The notes beneath the pieces are model-generated. The model worked only from the letters and a program-made list of their open reading frames with translations, was not told the origin of the DNA and made no database searches. Of a DNA stretch of 64,000 nt, positions 37,481 to 46,706 are shown in pieces. The position numbers were made by a program, and so were the translations under genes. Origin of the DNA: Candidatus Omnitrophota bacterium (lineage in GTDB: Bacteria > Omnitrophota > Gorgyraeia > Zapsychrales > Zapsychraceae); the NCBI GenBank assembly GCA_015233115.1, contig JADFYJ010000014.1:11028-75027 (forward strand). The letters are read 5' to 3'. Position 1 is the first letter of the stretch; each line of letters starts with the position of its first letter.

Positions 37481-39259
37481 ATGGCCTTCCTAAAGGACCG
37501 GATCAAAGAAATTTTGTTGAGGGATAAACATCTCTCTGCCTCTGATCTTGAAAAAGCGCTGGGTGAACAACAGCGTAAAGGCGGGGAATTAAGCCGGATT
37601 CTTATTGATATGAAATTGATTGATGAAGATACGTTGACGAGCGTATTGAGTCAAAGCCTAGGTATTCCTGTCATTAGTATTACCCGCATTAAAATAGACC
37701 CTCAAGTGATTAAATTTATAGCTCGCGATGTTGCCTTGAAATATCAAATTATGCCCGTTTCTTTAATTGGCCAGACTTTAACTTTGGCTATGGCTGATCC
37801 GTTGAACATTTTTGTTATTGATAATGTCAAGGCGGTAACCGGGTATACGATTAATCCCATTATCGGGCGCAAAGCGGAAATCGCGGGCGCGATTGAACAA
37901 TATTACAAAAAAACGGAAGCGCCTAAAGAAGAAGCTTCAGAAGAATCTCGTGAAGAGTCTTTGGATAAAATTAGTGATTTAATGGGAGATATGGCGAATG
38001 CGGAAGAGCTTGATGAGATTAAGTCGGATGAATTTATCGGGTCTTCGTCGGGTGTGGAAGAGATTAAAGATGAGGCGCCGATTATCCGTCTGACGGATTC
38101 GATCGTCCGGCAATCGGTTCTTATGAAATCCAGCGACGTTTTTATTGAACCTTTAGAAAAAGAAATGCGGGTGAGGCTGAGAGTTGACGGGGTTATCCGG
38201 GAGATTGACCGTCTACCCAAAGCGATTTTGGCGCCATTGGTATCGCGCATTAAAGTTATTTCAAATCTGGATATTTCCGAACACCGGCTCCCTCAAGATG
38301 GACGCTTTAAGATGATCGTGTCCGCGGATAAAGAAGTTGATTTCCGGGTGAATGTTTTACCGACCGCGTTAGGGGAAAAGGTGTGTTTACGCGTGCTGGA
38401 CCAGACGGGTACGGTTTTGGATGTGGAAAAACTAGGGTTTGAGGCCAGTTCTTTACGGCGGTTAAAAGAATGCGCGCTTAAACCGCATGGCATGATTTTG
38501 ACTTGCGGCCCTACGGGTAGTGGAAAAACCACCACGTTGTATTCGATTCTCAAACACGTCGACTCTCCGGAAAAAAATATTGTGACGGTGGAAGATCCGG
38601 TCGAATACCAGTTTAAGGGAGCGTGCCAGGTCAATGTCAAGCCCGCCATGGGACTGACGTTCGCGACGAGCTTGCGCTCAATTCTTCGGCAGGATCCGGA
38701 CATAATTATGATCGGAGAGATCCGTGACGCGGAAACTTTGGATATTGCCGTGAAAGCCGCTTTGACGGGACATTTGGTATTGAGTTCGCTGCATACCACT
38801 ACCGCTTCGGGTTCTGTGGTGCGGATGGTGAATATGGGGGTAGAACCGTTTTTAATTTGTTCTTCGGTTTTAGCGATTATTGCTCAGCGGCTTTTAAGAA
38901 AAGTCTGCCAGAATTGTAAAGAGCCCTATACTCCTCCGGAGGCGGTGATTGAAAAAGTGGGACTGCGGCAGGTGACCCAAGACAAAGAAATTATTTTATA
39001 CCGTGGAAAAGGCTGTGAGCAATGTTTTAAGAGCGGATATAAGGGCCGGGTGGGGATTACGGAGATTTTGGTTATGACGCCGGCGCTTAAAGAAGTGATT
39101 ATGGCCATGGCTGGTGAACCCAAAGTCAAAGAGGTTTCCCGCCGTGAAGGGATGATCACCATGCGGGAGGACGCGTTATTGAAAGCTTTGAAAGGGTTAA
39201 CGACGTTAGAAGAAGTTCTACGGATCACTGCGCCGGATGAGATATTGGAGAAAAAGTAA
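37481..39259 (+). CDS. pilB: Type IV pilus assembly ATPase PilB/GspE family
   Basis: Walker A GPTGSGKTTT; N-terminal MshEN/GspE-N-like repeats (RIKEILLRDKHLSASDLEKALGEQ); C-terminal CxxC...CxxC tetracysteine. Confidence 0.85.
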   Translation: MAFLKDRIKEILLRDKHLSASDLEKALGEQQRKGGELSRILIDMKLIDEDTLTSVLSQSLGIPVISITRIKIDPQVIKFIARDVALKYQIMPVSLIGQTLTLAMADPLNIFVIDNVKAVTGYTINPIIGRKAEIAGAIEQYYKKTEAPKEEASEESREESLDKISDLMGDMANAEELDEIKSDEFIGSSSGVEEIKDEAPIIRLTDSIVRQSVLMKSSDVFIEPLEKEMRVRLRVDGVIREIDRLPKAILAPLVSRIKVISNLDISEHRLPQDGRFKMIVSADKEVDFRVNVLPTALGEKVCLRVLDQTGTVLDVEKLGFEASSLRRLKECALKPHGMILTCGPTGSGKTTTLYSILKHVDSPEKNIVTVEDPVEYQFKGACQVNVKPAMGLTFATSLRSILRQDPDIIMIGEIRDAETLDIAVKAALTGHLVLSSLHTTTASGSVVRMVNMGVEPFLICSSVLAIIAQRLLRKVCQNCKEPYTPPEAVIEKVGLRQVTQDKEIILYRGKGCEQCFKSGYKGRVGITEILVMTPALKEVIMAMAGEPKVKEVSRREGMITMREDALLKALKGLTTLEEVLRITAPDEILEKK

Positions 39260-39465
39260 CCGAGTAACCGAGTAACAGAGTAACAAAGAGATAGCACAAA
39301 AGGCTAAACGCGATTGCTGAGAAAAGTTTTGTATTTTAAAAGCATCTATTTATTAAACATTTTTTATCAATTTTTGAGTATTAGTTTTTGTTTTTTATGC
39401 TTTTCGTTGTTTTACTCGGTTACTTTGTTACTCGGTTACTTTGTTACTCGGTTACTTTGTTACTA
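39256..39465. repeat. Intergenic island between the two pilB genes: (GTAACNRA) 8-mer array, AT-rich spacer, inverted (KGTTACTY)x7 array
   Basis: Left gtaaccgagtaaccgagtaacagagtaacaaagag 39256-39290; right gttgttttactcggttactttgttactcggttactttgttactcggttactttgttact 39405-39465. Confidence 0.8.
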
Positions 39466-39481
39466 TTAAGAATATAATCCT

Positions 39482-41200
39482 ATGGCTAAGACGGTAAAAG
39501 ATACAATTTTGGATGAATTGGTGGGTTCGGGAAAGTTTCCGCCTAAAGTGTTGGAAGAGGCTAAACAGCTTCACCTGCGCGAAAAGATTCCTTTTGAGAA
39601 AGCTTTGATTAAAAAAGGCTTGATTACAGAGGAAGATTGGCTGTTAATGCTGGTTTCTGAACTGGGGATACCATTCGTAAATTTGGCCCGGTATAAATTA
39701 ACGCCCTACTTGCAGGAAATCATTCCAGAAAATATTGCCCGTCAGTATAAAATTGTTCCTTTGGTGGATACGCAATTTTCTGTGACCATCGCGACAGCTG
39801 ACCCCTTAAATGTTTACGCGTTGGATGATCTTAAAAACATTACAGGGAAACGGATTGATGTGGTGTTGAATACAGAGAGTGAAATTATCAAGAAAATTGA
39901 TAATTTTTACGGTGATCCAACGAAACGGGATGTCCCGGAATTTAAGGCTCAGGATGCGGCTTTTGAAGAATTCGAGCTGGTATCTCAAAAAGAAGAAGAT
40001 GACGCGAATTCAGGAGGCGAGGCTGTTGATGAAAGCGAAAAAGCACCAATCATCCGTATGGTTAATCTGATATTGAAAGAAGCCTTGCGTCAACGGGCGT
40101 CGGATATTCATATTGAACCTATGGAAGAGTGCGTCCGGGTGAGGTATCGGATTGATGGGGTTTTGCGGGATGTGCTGACCATTCCTAAAAAAAATCAAAA
40201 CGCGATGGCAACGCGTATCAAGATTATGTCGCGGTTGGATATTACCGTCAATCAAGCGCCGCAGGATGGACGTTTTAAGCTAACGTTAAAAGAAAAGAGC
40301 GTGGATTTTCGCGTTTCCATTCTGCCTGCCACATTTGGCCCCAAAGTGGTTATGCGGATTTTGGATCGTTCCAAATTAGCGGTTGGGGTGGACGGTCTGG
40401 GATTAACTCCTAAAGCTTTGCAGTTGATCAAGGACGGAATTAAAAAACCATTTGGGATGATGTTAGTCACTGGCCCGACAGGAAGCGGAAAATCTACGAC
40501 TTTGTATTCTATTGTGAATGAATTAAATACAGTGGAAAGAAATATCATTACTGTAGAAGATCCGGTTGAATATTTGTTAGAAGGTTTAACTCAGATTCAG
40601 GCCATGCCGGAAATCGGGCTCACCTTCGCGGAAGGCTTGCGTTCCATTTTACGTCAGAGTCCAGACGTGGTCATGGTGGGAGAAATCCGCGATGGGGAGA
40701 CTGCGGATATCGCGATCAAAGCGTCTCTGACTGGGCAATTGGTATTGTCAACGCTGCATACCAACGACGCGGCTGGGGCATTGACGCGTCTGGTGGATAT
40801 GGGAGTGGAGCCGTTTTTAGTGGCTTCCAGTTTGGTGCTGGTCACAGCTCAGCGCTTGTGCCGCAGGATTTGCCCTCACTGCAAAGCAGAAATAAAAATT
40901 GATCCGGATGTGTTAAAACGTTTGGGGGATATTGTTCCGAAGGACTCCATTTTTTATCAAGGCAAAGGTTGTGAGCAATGCAAAAACACCGGCTATACCG
41001 GCCGTTTATGTATTACAGAAGTTTTAGACATTGATGATGAGATACGAATGATGCTGTTGCAAGGAAAGACGTCTGACGAGATTAAAAAATATTCCCGCGA
41101 AAAAAAAGGTATGGCTACGTTGTATCAAGATGCTATGGCTAAATGTTTGCAAGGAATTACCTCTCTAGAAGAGGTCTTTAGGATTACGTCTAGTGACTAA
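39482..41200 (+). CDS. Second PilB/GspE-family secretion ATPase paralog
   Basis: Walker A GPTGSGKSTT; colinear with preceding gene; C-terminal CPHC...CEQC. Confidence 0.85.
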   Translation: MAKTVKDTILDELVGSGKFPPKVLEEAKQLHLREKIPFEKALIKKGLITEEDWLLMLVSELGIPFVNLARYKLTPYLQEIIPENIARQYKIVPLVDTQFSVTIATADPLNVYALDDLKNITGKRIDVVLNTESEIIKKIDNFYGDPTKRDVPEFKAQDAAFEEFELVSQKEEDDANSGGEAVDESEKAPIIRMVNLILKEALRQRASDIHIEPMEECVRVRYRIDGVLRDVLTIPKKNQNAMATRIKIMSRLDITVNQAPQDGRFKLTLKEKSVDFRVSILPATFGPKVVMRILDRSKLAVGVDGLGLTPKALQLIKDGIKKPFGMMLVTGPTGSGKSTTLYSIVNELNTVERNIITVEDPVEYLLEGLTQIQAMPEIGLTFAEGLRSILRQSPDVVMVGEIRDGETADIAIKASLTGQLVLSTLHTNDAAGALTRLVDMGVEPFLVASSLVLVTAQRLCRRICPHCKAEIKIDPDVLKRLGDIVPKDSIFYQGKGCEQCKNTGYTGRLCITEVLDIDDEIRMMLLQGKTSDEIKKYSREKKGMATLYQDAMAKCLQGITSLEEVFRITSSD

Positions 41201-41203
41201 AAA

Positions 41204-41520
41204 AGAGTAACAAAGTAACCGAGTAACAGAGTAACCGAGTAAAAAAGTAACAACGGAAAGAATATAAAAAAATAAAAAACGAATGTGAAAAGAAAAGCAT
41301 TGGAAAAAAATATAAATTGTAAATTGCAAAGATTCGCTTTTTCTATTCAATATTGATGCTAAAATATCAAAGAATAGGATTTTGTTAAAATATAGAAGAA
41401 CATAAGGTTCGTGGCACAAGTAAGAAATTTTTATTATAAATAATATAATGCTTGCTTTGTGTTTTTAATTTTTTATTGTTTTATCATTGTTACTTTGTTA
41501 CTCGGTTACTCTGTTACTCT
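41204..41520. repeat. Intergenic island between pilB paralog and pilC, same GAGTAAC family
   Basis: Left agagtaacaaagtaaccgagtaacagagtaaccgagtaaaaaagtaacaacgg 41204-41252; right cattgttactttgttactcggttactctgttactct 41485-41520. Confidence 0.8.
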
Positions 41521-41536
41521 AAAGTGAGGTTAAATT

Positions 41537-42739
41537 ATGCCGACTTTTAAATATGTAGCCAAAGATGCTGAATCCAAAAGTTTGACCGGTAAAATTGCGG
41601 CAGATGATAAGAATGCGGTGGTTGAAGAGTTACGCAAACGGAAACTGACTATTATTTCTGTAACGGAAATGAAGGGCGAAAAAGTCAAAACCGGCTCCCG
41701 TAGAAAAGTTAAAGCGGAAGAAATTGTGCTTTTTGCCCGTCAGTTAGCCACGATGGTGGAGGCAGGTATGCCAATCTTGCAGGGCTTAAACGCTTTGGCG
41801 GACCAGACCACCAATGAAGGGTTTAAAAAAGTTTTGACTGAAGTTGAAACAGATATCAAGCATGGTTCGAGTTTATCCTCTGCATTTGCCAAACATCCGC
41901 ATGTGTTTAATAATTTATTTATTAATCTCGTAAAAGTCGGGGAAACCGGCGGTATTTTGAGTACAGTTTTAGATCGGGTTTCCACGTATATGGAAAAAAC
42001 TTTGAGTTTACAGCGTAAGGTGAAATCCGCTTTAGTTTATCCGAGCGTAGTCGTATCTATGGCGATCATTATCACTGTGGTGCTTTTGATTAAAGTCGTT
42101 CCCACTTTTACGGGAATTTATTCTTCTTTCGGGAAAGAATTGCCGGCGATGACGCAAGTACTGGTTAACGCGAGTAATTTTCTGCAGTCTTATATAATTT
42201 TTATTATTATTGCCATTGTTGGTTTAGGGTTTGGGCTTGCGCGCTGGCATAAAACTGAAAAAGGCGCTTTGGTGATTGATGGTGCTGTGTTACGTTTGCC
42301 GGTTTTTGGAGAGCTTTTACGTAAAGTCGCGGTGAGTCGGTTTACCCGTACGCTGGCTACGTTGGTTCAGAGCGGGGTGCCTATTCTCGAATCATTGAAT
42401 ATTGTTGAAAAAACTATTGGAAATAAAGTTTTGGAAAATGTTATCAAAGATGTTCAAGTGAGTGTCAGGCAAGGGGAAAGCTTATCTGTGCCGTTGGAAA
42501 AGAGCACAGTATTTCCTCCCATGGTCACCCGCATGATTTCCATTGGAGAAAAATCCGGGCAGATGGAAAAAATGCTTTTAAAAGTTTCTGAATTTTATGA
42601 TGATCAAGTGGACACGGCTGTTGATGGCTTGACGAGTATGATTGAACCTCTTATCATTGGGGTCATGGGAGTGGTGATCGGTTTTATCGTTATCGCGCTT
42701 TTTATGCCGATCTTGTCAATGTCGCAGTTGGTGAGCTAG
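41537..42739 (+). CDS. pilC: Type IV pilus inner-membrane platform protein PilC/GspF family
   Basis: 400 aa, two GspF-type repeats with 3 TM helices; follows PilB genes. Confidence 0.85.
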   Translation: MPTFKYVAKDAESKSLTGKIAADDKNAVVEELRKRKLTIISVTEMKGEKVKTGSRRKVKAEEIVLFARQLATMVEAGMPILQGLNALADQTTNEGFKKVLTEVETDIKHGSSLSSAFAKHPHVFNNLFINLVKVGETGGILSTVLDRVSTYMEKTLSLQRKVKSALVYPSVVVSMAIIITVVLLIKVVPTFTGIYSSFGKELPAMTQVLVNASNFLQSYIIFIIIAIVGLGFGLARWHKTEKGALVIDGAVLRLPVFGELLRKVAVSRFTRTLATLVQSGVPILESLNIVEKTIGNKVLENVIKDVQVSVRQGESLSVPLEKSTVFPPMVTRMISIGEKSGQMEKMLLKVSEFYDDQVDTAVDGLTSMIEPLIIGVMGVVIGFIVIALFMPILSMSQLVS

Positions 42740-42845
42740 TCAATAGGTTATAGGTTATAGGAAAAATTTTTGTCATTCCCGCGCAAGCGGGAATCCAGAT
42801 TTTCGTTTTTCCTGTCGCCTATCGTATTATCAAAGGAGAATAGGC

Positions 42846-43781
42846 ATGTATAAATTTTGCTGCATGGTAATAGCGTTAATAATGTTGGCCGCCACACCAG
42901 TGTTGGCTCAGGAAGGTCGGGTGACTACCCGGGATTGGAACGATTCTTTGCGCGCGTTGAATGAGAGTTTGCAGCAGGTTGACGCGAGAAATCAATGGCT
43001 GGCTTTCCAGATTGAGTTCATGAAGGGGGATATGTCGCGTCTTAAAGCTCAGGCAGATGAAATGAATCAGCAGGCCGTGGACAATCCAGGGCAGTTTGCG
43101 TTTAACAATAAACAAGAAGTGGAAGTTTTCCAAAAAGAAGCGGACGGAGTATATCAAAGTTTAAAAGCTATTGCTAAAGAGCGGCAAAATTTGGAAATCC
43201 GGTTGGTTGAAAAATCAAAAGAGGGAGTTCAACTCAAATCAGATATTGAGCAACTCACCAAAACGGTTGCAGAGTTAAAAGATCAATTGAGGTACTCCAT
43301 TTCGGGAACAGACCCGGATATAGAGCGCGAAAAAAAAGATTTAAGTGCTTGGATTAAAGACGCGGAAAAAAATTATAATAAGGCTCAGACGGAATTGGCA
43401 AGAGTGAAAAGGAAAAATGAGCCCGATGTCCGGATCAAAGATTTAGCAAAACACCGGGATGATTTACAGGCTAAGGTTGATAAATTAAAGACAGAGATGT
43501 CTCAGCTGGGACAAAATAAAGAAGAGTCAATTTCTGAATACGAAAAGAGGGCAAAATTCTCGCAAGACAATCTCAATGCCCTAGACGAAGAAATCGTTAA
43601 GTTGGAAAAACGTAAAGAAGAGTTAAATGTTATTCTAGATAATATTGCTAATAAGCTTGATAAGAATAATCTGCACTTAGATACACCGAAAGATAATCAG
43701 CAAGAATTAGAGAATAATTTGCAAATGTTAAAAAATGAAAATGCTCAACTTAAAGATAAGTTGAGCGCTTTTAAAAAATAA
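42846..43781 (+). CDS. Secreted coiled-coil protein (hypothetical)
   Basis: Signal-peptide-like N-terminus then continuous heptad-rich E/K/L/Q sequence. Confidence 0.35.
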   Translation: MYKFCCMVIALIMLAATPVLAQEGRVTTRDWNDSLRALNESLQQVDARNQWLAFQIEFMKGDMSRLKAQADEMNQQAVDNPGQFAFNNKQEVEVFQKEADGVYQSLKAIAKERQNLEIRLVEKSKEGVQLKSDIEQLTKTVAELKDQLRYSISGTDPDIEREKKDLSAWIKDAEKNYNKAQTELARVKRKNEPDVRIKDLAKHRDDLQAKVDKLKTEMSQLGQNKEESISEYEKRAKFSQDNLNALDEEIVKLEKRKEELNVILDNIANKLDKNNLHLDTPKDNQQELENNLQMLKNENAQLKDKLSAFKK

Positions 43782-43799
43782 GAGTGTCAACCAGGAAGC

Positions 43800-44366
43800 G
43801 TGCCAGTGGCTGAAAAATTTGATGCGCAAGTTATTGCGGCAAAACTTATGGGAAGTGTTCAAGACTTAATGGAAAAGACCTGCAAGTCTAAACTTTCGGA
43901 AAAACCAGTTATGGAGACGAAAGAAATCATTGAGTATGGCAGTAGGATGCGCGTGTTAGGACTTTCAAAATTCGACGGACCGTGTTATGTGGCTGCGGTT
44001 AATTTATATTTAAATCAGAAAAAATCCGAAGATAAAGATGCCTGCGGGGTCATTGTGAGTTATTGGGAACAGGAGACAGCGGAGGGTTTTGTCCGCGCTT
44101 TACAAAAGGGTTTAGACCTTGAAGACCCGGATGTGATATTGGATAGTTGCGGAGAATTTTGTAATAGTATTGCCGGCCAATTTAAAAACGAGTTAGCGGC
44201 GTTTGGTTATCCGGAGCTAAATCTTTCTACGATTATCAAAGCCCGGAACGAAATTGATGAGGGAGTTGATTTTCCTTTTAGCGAAGGAGAATATTGCGAG
44301 CTGTCATTTAAAGTAAAAAATAAAAAAGTGGTGGTTGTTTCTTTGGTTATGGCGCCCCCCGCATAA
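43800..44366 (+). CDS. CheX/CheC-family phosphatase-like protein
   Basis: DSCGEFCNSIAGQF fits the CheC/CheX/FliY D-x3-E-x2-N-x3-G active-site motif; located in the che cluster. Confidence 0.4.
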   Translation: MPVAEKFDAQVIAAKLMGSVQDLMEKTCKSKLSEKPVMETKEIIEYGSRMRVLGLSKFDGPCYVAAVNLYLNQKKSEDKDACGVIVSYWEQETAEGFVRALQKGLDLEDPDVILDSCGEFCNSIAGQFKNELAAFGYPELNLSTIIKARNEIDEGVDFPFSEGEYCELSFKVKNKKVVVVSLVMAPPA

Positions 44367-44393
44367 AGACTGGATTTTAAAGGAGCTCATTTT

Positions 44394-44810
44394 ATGACAC
44401 TGATGAATGTCCCTCAAGAAAGAAGAAAATATATCCGGCTTCCGCTGAAATGCATATTAAGGTGTTCTCCTTTTGCTGGACATGGTTCAGAATTGTGGTC
44501 AGGCGAAGTGACCACGGCTACTAAAAATATCAGCGCTGGCGGTATTTTATTTGAAAGCCGGCACCCTTATGAATTAGGAGCTTTATTGCAAGTCGAGGCG
44601 GACGTTCCGGGTTGGGAAAAATTTAAAACCGAATTTTATAAAGAAGAGCAGATTTCTCGGTCTTTGCCAGTGGTTATTTTGGTGTCGGTCGTGCGTGTTG
44701 AGGCGATTGAGATTGGGAGGAAATACGATATTGGAGCCGCTTTTGTGGGGATTGACCGGGGACATCAAGGAGCGCTGGTTAAATATATCAAAAGCCGGGT
44801 GAAGGAGTAG
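44394..44810 (+). CDS. PilZ-domain c-di-GMP-binding protein
   Basis: RRKYIRL (RxxxR) and NISAGGILFES (D/NxSxGG) PilZ motifs. Confidence 0.75.
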   Translation: MTLMNVPQERRKYIRLPLKCILRCSPFAGHGSELWSGEVTTATKNISAGGILFESRHPYELGALLQVEADVPGWEKFKTEFYKEEQISRSLPVVILVSVVRVEAIEIGRKYDIGAAFVGIDRGHQGALVKYIKSRVKE

Positions 44811-44817
44811 AAACCCA

Positions 44818-45333
44818 ATGCCAGAAATTAATTTTGAAGAGAGTACGAGCCGGGTGGCTAGGACTATAAAACAATTTGTGTGTTTTAAATTGGCGGCAGA
44901 AGAATACGCGATTGATATTAGTTATATTCAGGAAGTGATCCGGGTGGTGACGATTACTCAGGTGCCGCAGATGCCGGAGTTCTGCTGGGGTGTAATTAAT
45001 GTCAGGGGAAATGTTCTTCCGGTTTTTGATTTGCGGCGGTTGTTTCATTTGCCAGAAAAAAAATTTGATGCACAATCCAAATTTTTAATCGCTTCAATCG
45101 GAAATTTTATTGCCAGTTTTATTGTGGATGAGATTGTGGATAATATTAAATTAGAATCATCCGCTATTGATCCAACTCCCGCGGTTAAAATGAAAATCGA
45201 TGCAGATTGTATTAAAGGATTAGGCGAGTTGGATGACCGGATGATCGTGATCATCAATTTAGAAAAAGTCCATGATCATATTTTGAAAATAATTAATACT
45301 TTTTCAAAAATTAAGGGACCTGTCCATGAATAA
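44818..45333 (+). CDS. cheW: Chemotaxis coupling protein CheW
   Basis: FVCFKLAAEEYAIDISYIQEVIR...INVRGNVLPVFDLRRLF. Confidence 0.85.
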   Translation: MPEINFEESTSRVARTIKQFVCFKLAAEEYAIDISYIQEVIRVVTITQVPQMPEFCWGVINVRGNVLPVFDLRRLFHLPEKKFDAQSKFLIASIGNFIASFIVDEIVDNIKLESSAIDPTPAVKMKIDADCIKGLGELDDRMIVIINLEKVHDHILKIINTFSKIKGPVHE

Positions 45334-45748
45334 AAACCATCGGATTCAAGCGGATAACCGCCGAGTGTATACCCGCATTGACCGCCCGCATTTGCTTAAA
45401 GTCAAAATGTTTGATCTCAAGGATCAGAGTTCGGTGCGGAAAATAGAAGCCATTACTCGGAACGTATCTGCCGGGGGGTTAGCATTTGAATCGGAACAAT
45501 TTTTTGAATCCGGAACAGTTTTGGAGATTGAGCTAGATACGCCGGGATGGGAAAAACTCAGAGGCGTCTTTGACGGAGAAAAGGGCGATGCCTTGCCCTC
45601 AGCGGTGATGCTCTTGGCCAAAGTTATCCGGACAAGAGTTATTGAAGAGGATTTGTATGATATTGCTGTTTCTTTTGTTGGGATCGATGACCGGCATCGC
45701 CATGCTCTGACGAAATATGTCCAAGAACGAGAAAACAGCGCGGGTTAA
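45326..45748 (+). CDS. PilZ-domain c-di-GMP-binding protein (second)
   Basis: RRVYTRIDR and NVSAGGLAFES motifs. Confidence 0.75.
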   Translation: MNKNHRIQADNRRVYTRIDRPHLLKVKMFDLKDQSSVRKIEAITRNVSAGGLAFESEQFFESGTVLEIELDTPGWEKLRGVFDGEKGDALPSAVMLLAKVIRTRVIEEDLYDIAVSFVGIDDRHRHALTKYVQERENSAG

Positions 45749-45761
45749 AAGGAGGGGATGA

Positions 45762-46706
45762 GTGTCTTCGGAAAAAATTCGACTTTCAAATGTGCTATTA
45801 GACGTTGGAACGAATGAATTGGAAATTGTGGAATTTTGCCTGGCGGATAGTTTTTATGGGATTAATGTCATGAAGGTCAGGGAGATTATCCGCTGTCCAG
45901 AAAATATTGTAGCTGTGCCTCATGCTCATCCGGCTGTCGATGGTGTGATTAATGTCCGGGGCACGATTATTCCGGTTGTGAATTTGGCGCGTCAATTTGG
46001 CATCGATGATACCAAAGCCACTAAAGCGGTTCAGCGCATTATTATTTCCCAGTTTAATAAATTAACAATAGGTTTTCTGGTCAGTTCTGTCTCACGGATC
46101 CACAGGTTTTCGTGGCAACAGGTCGTCGCTCCGTCTGGCATGATTTCTAATGGTGATACTTATGTTGTTTCTATGGTCAAGATGGATGAAAAAATAATTT
46201 TATTATTAGATTTTGAAAAAATAGCTTTTGACGTTAGTCCTGAAGCACGCCCCCCGCAAGTGGAAGCTTCGCCGGTTAAAGAATTGCCAGCGGCATTTGA
46301 CCGCTCGGCTAAAACCATTCTGGTGGCAGAAGATTCGAAGTTTTTAAGGGCTGTTATGGTCGAGGCCTTGTCGAAATTAGGTTACAAAGTGATCGCGACG
46401 AGTGATGGAGAAGAAGCGTGGCAAGAGTTTGAAACTCATAATGCTAACAATGCGGCTGGCGGGGTTCCCATCGATTTATTAGTCAGCGATATTGAGATGC
46501 CGCGGATGGATGGGTTACATTTGGTGCGGAAGATAAAGGTTTCTAACGGATTTCGTAAGGTTCCTTGCATTGTTTTTTCATCTATGATAAATACCGATTT
46601 GTCCCAGCGTTGTGCCGCTATTGGGGTGGATGTCACGATCACTAAGCCGGAAATTAGTAAGCTTGTTGAAGCGGTAGAGGGCCATTTCAATCAAGGCAGG
46701 GCATGA
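45762..46706 (+). CDS. cheV: CheV (CheW-like domain fused to receiver domain)
   Basis: N-terminal CheW-like domain (LEIVEFCLADSFYGINVMKVREII...INVRGTIIPVVNLARQFG) and C-terminal REC (ILVAEDSKF...DLLVSDIEMPRMDG). Confidence 0.8.
   Translation: MSSEKIRLSNVLLDVGTNELEIVEFCLADSFYGINVMKVREIIRCPENIVAVPHAHPAVDGVINVRGTIIPVVNLARQFGIDDTKATKAVQRIIISQFNKLTIGFLVSSVSRIHRFSWQQVVAPSGMISNGDTYVVSMVKMDEKIILLLDFEKIAFDVSPEARPPQVEASPVKELPAAFDRSAKTILVAEDSKFLRAVMVEALSKLGYKVIATSDGEEAWQEFETHNANNAAGGVPIDLLVSDIEMPRMDGLHLVRKIKVSNGFRKVPCIVFSSMINTDLSQRCAAIGVDVTITKPEISKLVEAVEGHFNQGRA

Noticed and set aside
39405-39465. Tandem 16-bp repeats (ggttactttgttactc x3.5) that could look like a CRISPR array
   Set aside because: No unique spacers between units; the unit is far shorter than CRISPR repeats; no cas genes. 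It is the right arm of an inverted heptamer/octamer array.
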